A stretch of DNA of 64,000 nt from Flavobacteriales bacterium (GTDB taxonomy: Bacteria; Bacteroidota; Bacteroidia; Flavobacteriales; TMED113): the NCBI GenBank assembly GCA_002714185.1, contig PAWM01000008.1, positions 3,091 to 67,090 of the forward strand, written 5' to 3'. Below the pieces are notes generated by a model that searched no databases, was not told where the DNA came from, and saw only the letters and a list, made by a program, of their open reading frames with translations. Shown piece after piece: positions 33,873 through 43,210 of the stretch. A program made the translations under genes and the position numbers. Position 1 is the first letter of the stretch. Each line of letters begins with the position of its first letter.

Positions 33873-35915
33873 TTAAAATTTAAGCTTAACTGATAGGTAG
33901 ATATTTCTAGGTGATTGAACAAAGTATTTATTTAATCCATCCCAATCTACTATCCCATTATTAAAATAATAATTGTCAGTTATGTTATTAATAAATAGAG
34001 AAATTGAGTGATTTTTGATAAAATAATCTACTCTTCCATTAATTAAGATATAATCATTTAAATACTCAGAGTTTTCAAAATTCATATAAGATTTACTTTG
34101 ATAACGAGTTGACAAACTAAATGCAATCTTTTTAAAGGAATATACTATTTCCTGATTGATAATAATTGATGGTGTTAATATTGGTGTAAATGTGATATTA
34201 TTTTCTTTGATAATACTATTATTAAAAGATGAATTGTTAATTAGTTCGATATTGTTATTTAGTTTGTAAAAAGAATGTAACTCGATTCCACTTCGTGTAC
34301 TTTTATCAACATTACTTGTTAAAGCAAGACCATTAGGCCCATAAGCACCGTTAAGTACTCGTTCATTATTAAAACTTAAATGATAAAAATTAATATTTAA
34401 ATTAAAGTTATTAACCTGATGTCTAATTCCTAATTCATAATTAACAACATGTTCTGGCTTAACACTCGATATTAAAGAATTACCATATTCAGGCATTAAG
34501 TAATTTCCATTTTCGTCAGTAGGACATAGATATAATAAGATATCATTTCCTTCAAACATATCATATCTAGATGGCTCTCTACTGCTCCTTCCAATATTGA
34601 AATATAGTGTAATATTCCTTTCGTCAATCATCTTTGATAATCCTGAATAACTTATCCCGAATTTAGGATTTATAAAACTCCAACTAATAGTACGAAAGTT
34701 CATATTTCCATTATAATCAAACCAAGATTTACGAAATTGTAGGTCTCCAAAAAATAATACATCATTTATATTGTACTGTATTTTTTGAAAAGCACTTATT
34801 TCATCTTTATATTTAGTGTTCTTATTCCATATGTTACCTGATAATTTTTGACTTTCAGTAAATTTATTAATATATGTATTTGTATGAAAACCAGTAGTTG
34901 CTTGAAATCCATTATGTTTATATGTGTAATTGCTATATAAACCAAGTAGATTAGATTTTACTTGATAATTAAAAATATCAGATTCTGTAGCTAACTGTCC
35001 TAAATAGTTTGGTAAGTCAAAATCCCACCATCCGTCAGCTAATGTATAATATATACTTGATTGAATATTGTGTTTTTTATTAGGATTAAAACTGTTTTGG
35101 ATTTGTAGTAACATTTGTGAGAAATCATCTTTTTCAAATTCAGAATTACTATTTGTAGTTCTATCACAATTAATTTCTTCTTCAGATACAGCCATCCATG
35201 ATAATTCATTTTTTTGATTACCTGCTAAAAGATTAATTTTCCATATTGATTTATCTAAAAAAAGTCCTGAACTTAAAAATAGAGATTGTGCATTATTTGA
35301 AGAATGTTGTTTAAATCCATCGGAGTAGATTTTAGAAAGCCTCACATAAATTCCTTTTTTATTTTTTACACCACTGTTATAAGAACTATAAGCCCTAAAT
35401 GAATTATATGACCCATATCCTATGCCAAAATTAATTTCCTTAGGTTTATTTAGTTTTTTTGAAAAAATCTCAATACTTCCAGCATAGCTAGCAGTTCCAT
35501 TCTTAGATGTACCAATACCGCGTTGAATTTGAATTTTATCAACAGATTGTAAGATATCTGTATAATTAGAAAAATAAAATGCATGATCAGCTGGGTCATT
35601 TAGCGGAACCCCATCAAAGGTTATATTAATTCTCGTTTGGTCAATTCCTCTTAAAGTAAAATAGGAATAACCTTGAGTGTGTCCACCATCAGCATGTGCT
35701 ATAATTGACGGTGTTTTGCTAAATAAAAATGACGGCTCTTGACCTACAGAATTAGCTTGAATTTCTTCTAGTGTAATATTTTGATATGTAACTGGTGTTA
35801 GTTTATCTGCTTGATAAATAATTAAGATATCATTTAATTTTTGGATAGAGTCGATTGAGTTTTGAGCAAAAGAGAGCTGTATAATAAATATGAATGTAAA
35901 TAGAATTTTGTTCAT
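33873..35915 (-). CDS. TonB-dependent outer-membrane receptor (TPP-riboswitch controlled; likely thiamin or thiamin-precursor uptake)
   Basis: 680 aa with signal peptide. Plug motifs (YFTLRGIDQTRINITFDGVPLND) and a beta-barrel ending ...SVKLKF. Directly preceded by a THI-box. Confidence 0.9.
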   Translation of the reverse strand: MNKILFTFIFIIQLSFAQNSIDSIQKLNDILIIYQADKLTPVTYQNITLEEIQANSVGQEPSFLFSKTPSIIAHADGGHTQGYSYFTLRGIDQTRINITFDGVPLNDPADHAFYFSNYTDILQSVDKIQIQRGIGTSKNGTASYAGSIEIFSKKLNKPKEINFGIGYGSYNSFRAYSSYNSGVKNKKGIYVRLSKIYSDGFKQHSSNNAQSLFLSSGLFLDKSIWKINLLAGNQKNELSWMAVSEEEINCDRTTNSNSEFEKDDFSQMLLQIQNSFNPNKKHNIQSSIYYTLADGWWDFDLPNYLGQLATESDIFNYQVKSNLLGLYSNYTYKHNGFQATTGFHTNTYINKFTESQKLSGNIWNKNTKYKDEISAFQKIQYNINDVLFFGDLQFRKSWFDYNGNMNFRTISWSFINPKFGISYSGLSKMIDERNITLYFNIGRSSREPSRYDMFEGNDILLYLCPTDENGNYLMPEYGNSLISSVKPEHVVNYELGIRHQVNNFNLNINFYHLSFNNERVLNGAYGPNGLALTSNVDKSTRSGIELHSFYKLNNNIELINNSSFNNSIIKENNITFTPILTPSIIINQEIVYSFKKIAFSLSTRYQSKSYMNFENSEYLNDYILINGRVDYFIKNHSISLFINNITDNYYFNNGIVDWDGLNKYFVQSPRNIYLSVKLKF

Positions 35916-35929
35916 TGTATTAATGTGTT

Positions 35930-36010
35930 AAATTAATAATTCTTTTGATGTATTATCATCACAAGTTCAACGGGTATAATCTCAGCCTTGTAGCACCCCC
36001 AATAATGTAG
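35930..36010 (-). promoter_or_regulatory. TPP (THI-box) riboswitch in the 5' leader of the TonB-dependent receptor
   Basis: The minus strand reads ...UUGGGGGUGCUACAAGGCUGAGAUUAUACCCGUUGAACUUGUGAUGAUAAUACAUCAAAAGAA... This aligns with the E. coli thiM element (GGGGUGC...CUGAGA..ACCC.U..ACCUGAUCUGGAUAAUGCCAGC). Boundaries are approximate to about 10 nt. Confidence 0.82.
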
Positions 36011-36018
36011 CAAATTTA
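36011..36018 (-). promoter_or_regulatory. -7 promoter box (TAAATTTG) immediately upstream of the TPP riboswitch
   Basis: TAnnTTTG match on the minus strand, ending a few nt before the GGGGGUGC start of the riboswitch. Confidence 0.4.
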
Positions 36019-36058
36019 TTCAATTTAGATGTAAAAATAATTATTATAATAAAATATT

Positions 36059-37438
36059 TTATTTACCGATGCAGAAATCTTGAAAAATAGAATCTAATAA
36101 ATTTTCATTGGTAATTTCTCCAGTTATTTCGCCAAGAAATTCGAGACATCTTTTGATGTCAATAGATAAAAATTCACCAGATACATTAGAATTTAAAGCA
36201 TTTTCTACATCATTAATGCTATTTAATGTATGTAACAGTGACTCATAATGTCTATGATTGATAATAATAATTTGTTGATTAATAACTGCCCATTTTTCTA
36301 CTTGCTTGATAATTAATTTTAATACTTGTTGCACACCTTGACCTTTAGTTGCCGAAATATTTACGATAGGTAAATTTGGCAATGTTTTTAAATGTATTTT
36401 TTGATTGTCTAAGTCTGATTTGTTAGCAAGAATAATTATTTTATTATTATTTAATTTTGCTGCTATTTTCTTTAAATCATTTTGTTCTTCATTTTCTTTA
36501 AATTCTGTTTTATCAATCATATAAAGAACAAATGCTGATTTGTGAATTGTTTCATATGTTTTTGATATGCCTATCTTTTCTATTTGATTATTTGTTTCAC
36601 GAAGTCCTGCAGTATCAATAAATCTAAATTTATACCCTTGAATTGTTATTTCCTCTTCAATTGTATCTCTGGTAGTACCTTTAATATTTGATACAATTGC
36701 TCTGTCCTCGTTCAAGATGGTATTTAATAATGTTGATTTACCAGAATTGGGGTTTCCTACAATAGATATAGGAATACCATTTTTTATAGCATTTCCAAAT
36801 TTAAATGATTCAAGTAATTTTTGAATTTTAGTTTTAATAATCGTAATTAACTTTAATAAATCTTTTCTATTAGCAAATTCAACATCTTCTTCACTAAAAT
36901 CTAACTCTAACTCAATCAGTGATGCAAATTTTATAAATTTATTTCTGAGATTTTTAATTTCGTTTGAAAAACCACCCTTCATTTGTTTCATTGCAAATTC
37001 GTGAGATTTTTCTGTTTCAGAAGATATTAGTTCAGCTACTCCTTCAGCTTGTGAAAGATCTAGTTTTTGATTTAAAAATGCTCTTAATGTAAATTCACCT
37101 TTTTTTGCTATTCTAGACCCATGTTTAATTAATAACTGGATGATTTTGTCTTGAATATATATTGATCCATGGCAAGATATCTCAATTAAGTCTTCTCCGG
37201 TATAAGATTTAGGATTTTTAAATATTGTGATTAATACTTCATCAATAATTTTATTATTATCAAGTATATGTCCTAGTATCACTTTATTATGATGATTTAA
37301 AGATATTTCTTTCTTATTGTGAGCTTGAAATATTTGATTACATATTTTTAATGTATCATTTCCTGATACTCTAATTATTGATATTGCTCCTTTCCCTAGA
37401 GCAGTTGAAATAGAACATATTGTATCATTATTTACAAT
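36059..37438 (-). CDS. mnmE: tRNA modification GTPase MnmE (TrmE); start codon unresolved
   Basis: Track ORF 36059..37282 (GTG start) carries GNPNSGKSTLLN, DTAGLR, NKSD and the C-terminal FCIGK. The same frame stays open upstream and encodes NNDTICSISTALGKGAISIIRVSGNDTL..., the conserved MnmE N-terminal domain. No ATG, GTG or TTG precedes it before the in-frame stop at 37469..37471. The 5' end is set provisionally at ATT 37438. Confidence 0.85.
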   Translation of the reverse strand: MVNNDTICSISTALGKGAISIIRVSGNDTLKICNQIFQAHNKKEISLNHHNKVILGHILDNNKIIDEVLITIFKNPKSYTGEDLIEISCHGSIYIQDKIIQLLIKHGSRIAKKGEFTLRAFLNQKLDLSQAEGVAELISSETEKSHEFAMKQMKGGFSNEIKNLRNKFIKFASLIELELDFSEEDVEFANRKDLLKLITIIKTKIQKLLESFKFGNAIKNGIPISIVGNPNSGKSTLLNTILNEDRAIVSNIKGTTRDTIEEEITIQGYKFRFIDTAGLRETNNQIEKIGISKTYETIHKSAFVLYMIDKTEFKENEEQNDLKKIAAKLNNNKIIILANKSDLDNQKIHLKTLPNLPIVNISATKGQGVQQVLKLIIKQVEKWAVINQQIIIINHRHYESLLHTLNSINDVENALNSNVSGEFLSIDIKRCLEFLGEITGEITNENLLDSIFQDFCIGK

Positions 37439-37463
37439 AATATATATAATGTAATTTTTTTTA

Positions 37464-37471
37464 CAAATTTA
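37464..37471 (-). promoter_or_regulatory. -7 promoter box (TAAATTTG) upstream of mnmE
   Basis: TAnnTTTG match on the minus strand, about 25 nt upstream of the conserved MnmE N-terminal coding region. Confidence 0.35.
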
Positions 37472-37517
37472 ATTTATTATTATTAGTTAATATTTTATTT
37501 TAATTTGATTTATTTTC

Positions 37518-37525
37518 TATGTTTG
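37518..37525 (+). promoter_or_regulatory. -7 promoter box (TATGTTTG) upstream of sucD
   Basis: TAnnTTTG match 38 nt upstream of ATG 37563. Confidence 0.35.
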
Positions 37526-37562
37526 TGTTATATCAATAATAGAACTTAATATTTTAAAGATA

Positions 37563-38432
37563 ATGAGTGTTTTAGTTAATAAAAATTCTAAAGTAATTGT
37601 TCAAGGATTTACTGGTGGGGAAGGTACATTTCATTCAAAAGAAATGTTAAAATATGGTACAAATATTGTGGCTGGAGTAACTCCTGGGAAAGGAGGAGTT
37701 ATTCATCTAGATAGACCAGTATTTAACTCTGTAGCTGAGGTTCTAAATGAATTCGATGCTGATGTCTCAATAATCTTTGTGCCTCCTAGATTTGCATATT
37801 CGGCTATTGTTGAAGCAATTCAATGTGGAATTAAAGTTATTGTTTGTATTACTGAGGGAATTCCTACAAAAGATATGATAAAAATTAAACATATGTTGAA
37901 TGAATCTGAATCCGTATTAGTAGGACCCAACTGTCCTGGTATTATTACACCTGGAGAAATAAAAGTGGGAATTATGCCTGGTTTTATCCATAAAAAAGGT
38001 AGAGTTGGTGTTATTTCTCGTTCAGGTACATTAACATACGAAGCTGTTGACCAATTGACTAAAGTAGGTTTAGGGCAATCTACATGTATAGGTATTGGAG
38101 GTGATCCAGTTATTGGAACAACTACTTTAGATGCTGTAAAATTGTTTATGAAAGATGATGATACAGATGGAATCATTTTAATTGGTGAAATTGGTGGGCA
38201 AATGGAAAATGATGCAGCTCATTGGATAAAAGAACATGGTACTAAGCCAGTAGTTGGTTTTATTGCTGGTCAGACTGCTCCCAAAGGAAGAAAAATGGGA
38301 CATGCTGGAGCAATTGTTGGAGGGGAAGATGATACTGCACTAGCTAAAATGAAAATAATGAAAAAATGCGGTATTACTGTTGTAGATTCTCCAGCGAATA
38401 TTGGAGAAGCAATGTTAAAAATATTAAATTAA
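37563..38432 (+). CDS. sucD: Succinate--CoA ligase subunit alpha
   Basis: 289 aa. Motifs [32 protein letters not shown] and GHAGAIV (active-site His). Confidence 0.95.
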   Translation: MSVLVNKNSKVIVQGFTGGEGTFHSKEMLKYGTNIVAGVTPGKGGVIHLDRPVFNSVAEVLNEFDADVSIIFVPPRFAYSAIVEAIQCGIKVIVCITEGIPTKDMIKIKHMLNESESVLVGPNCPGIITPGEIKVGIMPGFIHKKGRVGVISRSGTLTYEAVDQLTKVGLGQSTCIGIGGDPVIGTTTLDAVKLFMKDDDTDGIILIGEIGGQMENDAAHWIKEHGTKPVVGFIAGQTAPKGRKMGHAGAIVGGEDDTALAKMKIMKKCGITVVDSPANIGEAMLKILN

Positions 38433-38435
38433 ACA

Positions 38436-39182
38436 ATGAAGTTACTAAATAATAAAACAGTTATTGTAACTGGAGGTTCTAGAGGTATAGGTAAATCTAT
38501 AGTACTTAAATTAGCTGAACATGGAGCAAATGTAGTATTTACTTATTTATCATCCTCTAAGGAAGCAGCTATGGTCGTTGAAGATGCTAAAAAATATGAT
38601 ACTAAAATTATTGCTTTGAAATCTGATGCTTCAAATTATATAGATTGTGAAAATTTAGTGGAAGATATTTTAAAAGAATTTAATAGTATAGATGTTCTTG
38701 TTAATAATGCAGGGATAACAAAAGATAATTTATTATTAAGAATGACTGAGGACGATTTTGATAAGGTTTTAAATGTAAATATGAAATCTGTATTTAATAT
38801 GACTAAAGTAATTCAAAAAACTATGTTAAAATCTAGAAAGGGGTCAATTATTAACTTAGGTTCTATTGTAGGCAGTAAGGGTAATGCAGGCCAGGCTAAT
38901 TATTCTGCTTCTAAAGCTGCTATTGTTGGATTTTCTAAGTCAATTGCCCTAGAACTTGGCTCGCGTAATATCAGGTGTAACGTGATTGCCCCAGGATTTA
39001 TAGAGACAGAAATGACAGAGCATCTTAATCAAGAAATTGCACAAGAGTGGAAAAAAAATATTCCCTTAAAAAGAGCAGGTTCAGGATTCGATGTTGCTAA
39101 TTTAGTATTATTTTTAGCTTCTGACTTATCCTCTTATATTTCGGGGCAAGTTATTAGTGTTTGTGGCGGTATGTCTACTTAA
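38436..39182 (+). CDS. fabG: 3-oxoacyl-[acyl-carrier-protein] reductase (SDR)
   Basis: 248 aa. Motifs TGGSRGIGKSI, NNAGIT, YSASKAA and the C-terminal GQVISVCGGM. Confidence 0.88.
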   Translation: MKLLNNKTVIVTGGSRGIGKSIVLKLAEHGANVVFTYLSSSKEAAMVVEDAKKYDTKIIALKSDASNYIDCENLVEDILKEFNSIDVLVNNAGITKDNLLLRMTEDDFDKVLNVNMKSVFNMTKVIQKTMLKSRKGSIINLGSIVGSKGNAGQANYSASKAAIVGFSKSIALELGSRNIRCNVIAPGFIETEMTEHLNQEIAQEWKKNIPLKRAGSGFDVANLVLFLASDLSSYISGQVISVCGGMST

Positions 39183-39189
39183 TTGAAAA

Positions 39190-41298
39190 ATGATGTTTTT
39201 CAGTTCTATTATTATTAATACTTCTTTTTTTTATCTATTCTTATCTATATTAGTCAGCTTATTGTTAAGTTTTTTTCTTTATAAGAAAAAAATTGGATTA
39301 AAAGATTTGCCAAAGCATTTTCTTTATACATTATTCTTTTTAAGGTTCTTGGTATTTTTTTTACTTTTTTTTCTTTTATTTAAACCTGAATTGAAACTAA
39401 ATAATAAAATAATAGAAAATCCAAAACTTGTTTTTTTGCAGGATAACACTAAATCTATTATTTCAAATAATGATTCGTTATTTTATCAGTCTCAATATTT
39501 AGTGCAATTAGATTCAATTAGTAAATTGAAAACAATGGATATTGAGATTATTCCTTTTGATATTGATCTTTTAGATAAAGAAATTGATTATGAAGGACAA
39601 ATTACAAATCTTAATTCTGTTTTTAAACAGGTTTCTAATTCTTTTTCAAATACTAATGTTGGAGCATATATATTAGCTTCGGACGGAATTTATAATGAGG
39701 GTTTTAATCCTCTGTATTCGGACATCTTTTTAAATGCTCCATTATATACTGTTTTATTGGGCGATACTATGGATAATCCAGATCTTAGTATTAAAACTAT
39801 TAGAAATAATAAAATTGGTTATTTAGAGAACAAAATTCCTGTTGAAATTTTAATTGAAGCTGTTAAAATGGAAGGTTCAAAGGTTCAGTTACAAGTTTTT
39901 AATCATCAAAGTGAATCAAAATATAATAAGCTTATCTATGATCAAATTATTAATATTGATAATGTTAATTACACTAATAATTTTAAATTTTTTATTTCAC
40001 CTACTCAACATGGTTTACAAACTTATTATGTTGAATTAAAGTCGATTACTCATTCTGAAAAAAATCAACTAAATAACAAGAAGTATTTTTTCATTGATAT
40101 AATTGATAATAGAAAAAAAATACTATTATTATTTTCAACTCCACACCCTGATGTTACAGCTATTAAAGAAAGTTTAGATGCTCAAGATCAATACCAAGTT
40201 GATTCTTATTGGGTGTCTCAGGAAAATCTTAGTAAAATTGATTATTCTAAATTAGATGAATATAGTTTAATTATTGCTCATCAATTATCTAATATTAATG
40301 ATATAGAATTGTTGTCTTCAGTTCAAGATAAACCAATTTGGTATATAATTGGCTCTAATTCTAAATTAGATGTCTTTAATAATCAACAACAGATGATTGT
40401 TTTTGAAAACCAAAATAATATTTTTGAATTTAATAATGTTTCATTAAATAAAAATTTCTCATCTTTTTTAATTAATGATTCTATAGCTGATTTTATCGAA
40501 ATGTCAACACCTTTTTTAACTCCTTTTTCTAACTATACAATTAATTCTTTTTCTGAGATATTGTTATATAAAAAAGTAGGTTCTTTAGTTACTGATAAAC
40601 CTGTTTTATTCTTTATGGAAAATAAATATAAATTTTGTTTTTTAATAGGTGAAGGGTTATGGAGATGGAGACTTAATGACACTTATTTGAATGGTAGTAA
40701 TTATATATTTAATAATTTTCTTGGTCAAATTGTTCAATATATGTTACTAGATGAAGATAAAAATAGATTTCATATTAATTATGAGCCTGTACAGACATCA
40801 AATAGCAAAGTCTTATTAGAGGCACAACTTTATAATAAGAAATTTGAATTAGTTAATGATTATGATGTACAAATAGAGTTGATTGATTCTATGGATGAAC
40901 AATATTCTTTTAAGTTTTACCCAGTTGAAGATAAGTATTCTTTGGAAATAGATTTACCAAATGGTGAATATAGTTTTGTTGCTAAAACAAACATTAATAA
41001 TGAGGAATTTATAGAAAAAGGTGATTTATTAATTTCTAATTTAAATCTTGAATCTAGAAATTTAGTAGCAGATTATAATTTATTAAATAATTTAGCAAGT
41101 TCGTACAATGGAAAAATATTTAATAAAAATCAATTAAGCGAAGAGATTGATTTGATTATTCAATCTTTAGATGCTAAGCCAGTAGTTTATTATAATTATT
41201 CTTTTAAATCATTGATTAATTATAAATCTTTATTGATTTTAATATTATTTTGTTTGTTTTTAGAATGGTTTATTAGAAGACGTTATATTAGTTATTGA
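39190..41298 (+). CDS. Large membrane protein with N-terminal double-TM segment (BatA-like N-terminus) and C-terminal TM anchor; function unknown
   Basis: 702 aa. Two N-terminal TM helices, a long Asn/Ile-rich extracytoplasmic region (ILASDGIYNEG, LLLFSTPHPDVTAIKESL) and a final TM helix LLILILFCLFLEWFIRRR. Confidence 0.5.
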   Translation: MMFFSSIIINTSFFYLFLSILVSLLLSFFLYKKKIGLKDLPKHFLYTLFFLRFLVFFLLFFLLFKPELKLNNKIIENPKLVFLQDNTKSIISNNDSLFYQSQYLVQLDSISKLKTMDIEIIPFDIDLLDKEIDYEGQITNLNSVFKQVSNSFSNTNVGAYILASDGIYNEGFNPLYSDIFLNAPLYTVLLGDTMDNPDLSIKTIRNNKIGYLENKIPVEILIEAVKMEGSKVQLQVFNHQSESKYNKLIYDQIINIDNVNYTNNFKFFISPTQHGLQTYYVELKSITHSEKNQLNNKKYFFIDIIDNRKKILLLFSTPHPDVTAIKESLDAQDQYQVDSYWVSQENLSKIDYSKLDEYSLIIAHQLSNINDIELLSSVQDKPIWYIIGSNSKLDVFNNQQQMIVFENQNNIFEFNNVSLNKNFSSFLINDSIADFIEMSTPFLTPFSNYTINSFSEILLYKKVGSLVTDKPVLFFMENKYKFCFLIGEGLWRWRLNDTYLNGSNYIFNNFLGQIVQYMLLDEDKNRFHINYEPVQTSNSKVLLEAQLYNKKFELVNDYDVQIELIDSMDEQYSFKFYPVEDKYSLEIDLPNGEYSFVAKTNINNEEFIEKGDLLISNLNLESRNLVADYNLLNNLASSYNGKIFNKNQLSEEIDLIIQSLDAKPVVYYNYSFKSLINYKSLLILILFCLFLEWFIRRRYISY

Positions 41299-42389
41299 TT
41301 ATGGTATTTTTTATATATAGATTTATAATTTTCATTTTATTTAGTGTATGTTTTTATTCTTGCTCTGTTTCTAGCTTATCACTTGATGTTGTAAGGCCTG
41401 CAGAAATAGATGTACCTAATCATATTCAAGATATTATCATTATTAATCGAAGTTTACCATCTAAAGGTAATCAAGTACAAAATGTTCTTGATGGTATTCT
41501 TTCAGGAGAAGGTATTGGAGACGATAAAAAGGGTAGTTTAAACTGTGTCAACGGTGTATTTAATATATTAAATATCAAAGATGATAATGTATCTCGATTT
41601 AATTTAGTTAATGCAGATGGTTTTACAAATGGAGATTATTTTAAAGGTACAGGTACAAGTGAGTTTCCAACACCAATTAAGTGGAAAAAAATAAATAAAG
41701 TTTTTCAAGATTATAATGTAGATGCTTTAGTTGTTTTAGAGACTTTTGATTCACAATCTTCTATTTTAAACGGTGGTACAGTAGAGAGAATTAAGTTCAT
41801 AAATAAGAAAAAAACCAAAGTAACATTAATTGAAGCAATTCTAAATATTGAAGTTCAAGCTGGGTGGAGAATTTATGATGTAAAAAATGAAAAAATTATA
41901 GATGAAAAAAAATTTTTAGATCAAAAATCTTTCACATCGACTGGTTCAACATTTGAGTATGCTAAACAAAATTTGCCTAAGAAAAAAGATGCTATTTGTC
42001 AAACAGGCGAATTTGCTGGTCAACAATATGCCTTTAGGATATCCCCTAAAAAAGATAGAGTAAAAAGAAATTTTTATATTCATGCAAGTAAATCTTCAAA
42101 AGATGCAAATGTTGCATTTAAAAATGCATCAAGATCACTCAGGGATAGAAATTTTGATAAGGCTGCTGCTATTTGGCAAAATTTTGTTCAGAATGAAAAT
42201 GAAGAAATAGCAGGGAGAGCATGTTTTAATATGGCTTTAGCATCGGAATTAAAAAATAACTATAACTTAGCAATAGAATGGATAAAAAAATCTATTTATT
42301 ACAATAATAAAAAAGCAGAGAATTATTTTATTATTCTAAAAAATAGAAAAACTGAAATTAAACGAGTAGAAAAACAATTAAAAAAATAG
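41295..42389 (+). CDS. Hypothetical lipoprotein with C-terminal TPR-like helices
   Basis: 364 aa. Lipobox ...CFYSC. C-terminal AAAIWQNFVQNENEEIAGRACFNMALASELKNNYNLAIEWIKKSI. Start overlaps the upstream stop (TTGA), with an alternative ATG at 41301. Confidence 0.5.
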   Translation: MIMVFFIYRFIIFILFSVCFYSCSVSSLSLDVVRPAEIDVPNHIQDIIIINRSLPSKGNQVQNVLDGILSGEGIGDDKKGSLNCVNGVFNILNIKDDNVSRFNLVNADGFTNGDYFKGTGTSEFPTPIKWKKINKVFQDYNVDALVVLETFDSQSSILNGGTVERIKFINKKKTKVTLIEAILNIEVQAGWRIYDVKNEKIIDEKKFLDQKSFTSTGSTFEYAKQNLPKKKDAICQTGEFAGQQYAFRISPKKDRVKRNFYIHASKSSKDANVAFKNASRSLRDRNFDKAAAIWQNFVQNENEEIAGRACFNMALASELKNNYNLAIEWIKKSIYYNNKKAENYFIILKNRKTEIKRVEKQLKK

Positions 42390-42394
42390 ATATT

Positions 42395-43210
42395 ATGAAT
42401 AATCAAAAATTAAATTCTTTAGGTTTAGTAGGCTTATTTGCCTTTATTTTTATTTTATTATTTGGGACACGTATGACGTATACTGTGGGTCCGGGTGAAA
42501 AAGCTATAGTGTTTCAGCGATTTGGTAAAGGTCTAGATAAAGATAATGTTAAACACCAAGGCTTTCATCTTATTGCTCCTTGGAATGAGAGATACATTTA
42601 TAATGTAAGAATACAAGAAGATTTATCCCTTATGGAAGTTTTATCAAAAAATGGTTTAACAATTAAAACTGAACTTTCATATAGATATAAGCCTCTTGAT
42701 AGTAAAATAGGATATGTTCATGACGAATTAGGTTTAGGTTATCATGAAAATATTATTATTCCTGAAATTCGATCTGTTACTAGAGAAGTAATTGGTGAGT
42801 ATTTGCCTGAAGAATTATATTCTACTAAAAGAGAGGTGATTGAAGATGAAATTTATGAAAGAACAAAAATTTCATTAGCTCAAAAAAATCTATTATTAGA
42901 TGCAGTTTTAATAAGAGATGTTACACTACCAAAAACTTTACAAGATGCAATTGAAAATAAATTAAAGCAAGAGCAAATGTCCTTAGAGTATGAGTTTAAG
43001 ATAGAGCAGGCAGAGAAGGAAGCTCAGAGGCAAATTATCGAGGCGGATGGTAAGGCAAAAGCAAATAGAATTTTAAGTGCAAGTTTGACCGATAATGTGT
43101 TAAGAGATAAAGGTATAGAAGCAACTTTAAAATTGTCTGAATCACCCAATAGTAAAGTTGTTGTTGTTGGGGCAGGACAAGATGGTATGCCTTTGATTCT
43201 TGGAAATTAA
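42395..43210 (+). CDS. SPFH/Band 7 (prohibitin/HflC-like) membrane protein
   Basis: 271 aa with an N-terminal TM helix. SPFH core ([17 protein letters not shown]..., [15 protein letters not shown]) and coiled-coil [20 protein letters not shown]. Confidence 0.85.
   Translation: MNNQKLNSLGLVGLFAFIFILLFGTRMTYTVGPGEKAIVFQRFGKGLDKDNVKHQGFHLIAPWNERYIYNVRIQEDLSLMEVLSKNGLTIKTELSYRYKPLDSKIGYVHDELGLGYHENIIIPEIRSVTREVIGEYLPEELYSTKREVIEDEIYERTKISLAQKNLLLDAVLIRDVTLPKTLQDAIENKLKQEQMSLEYEFKIEQAEKEAQRQIIEADGKAKANRILSASLTDNVLRDKGIEATLKLSESPNSKVVVVGAGQDGMPLILGN

Noticed and set aside
36059-37282. GTG 37282 as the mnmE start, as in the ORF track
   Set aside because: It would delete the conserved N-terminal domain, which is clearly encoded in frame upstream. 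A promoter box also lies at 37464..37471, not near 37282.
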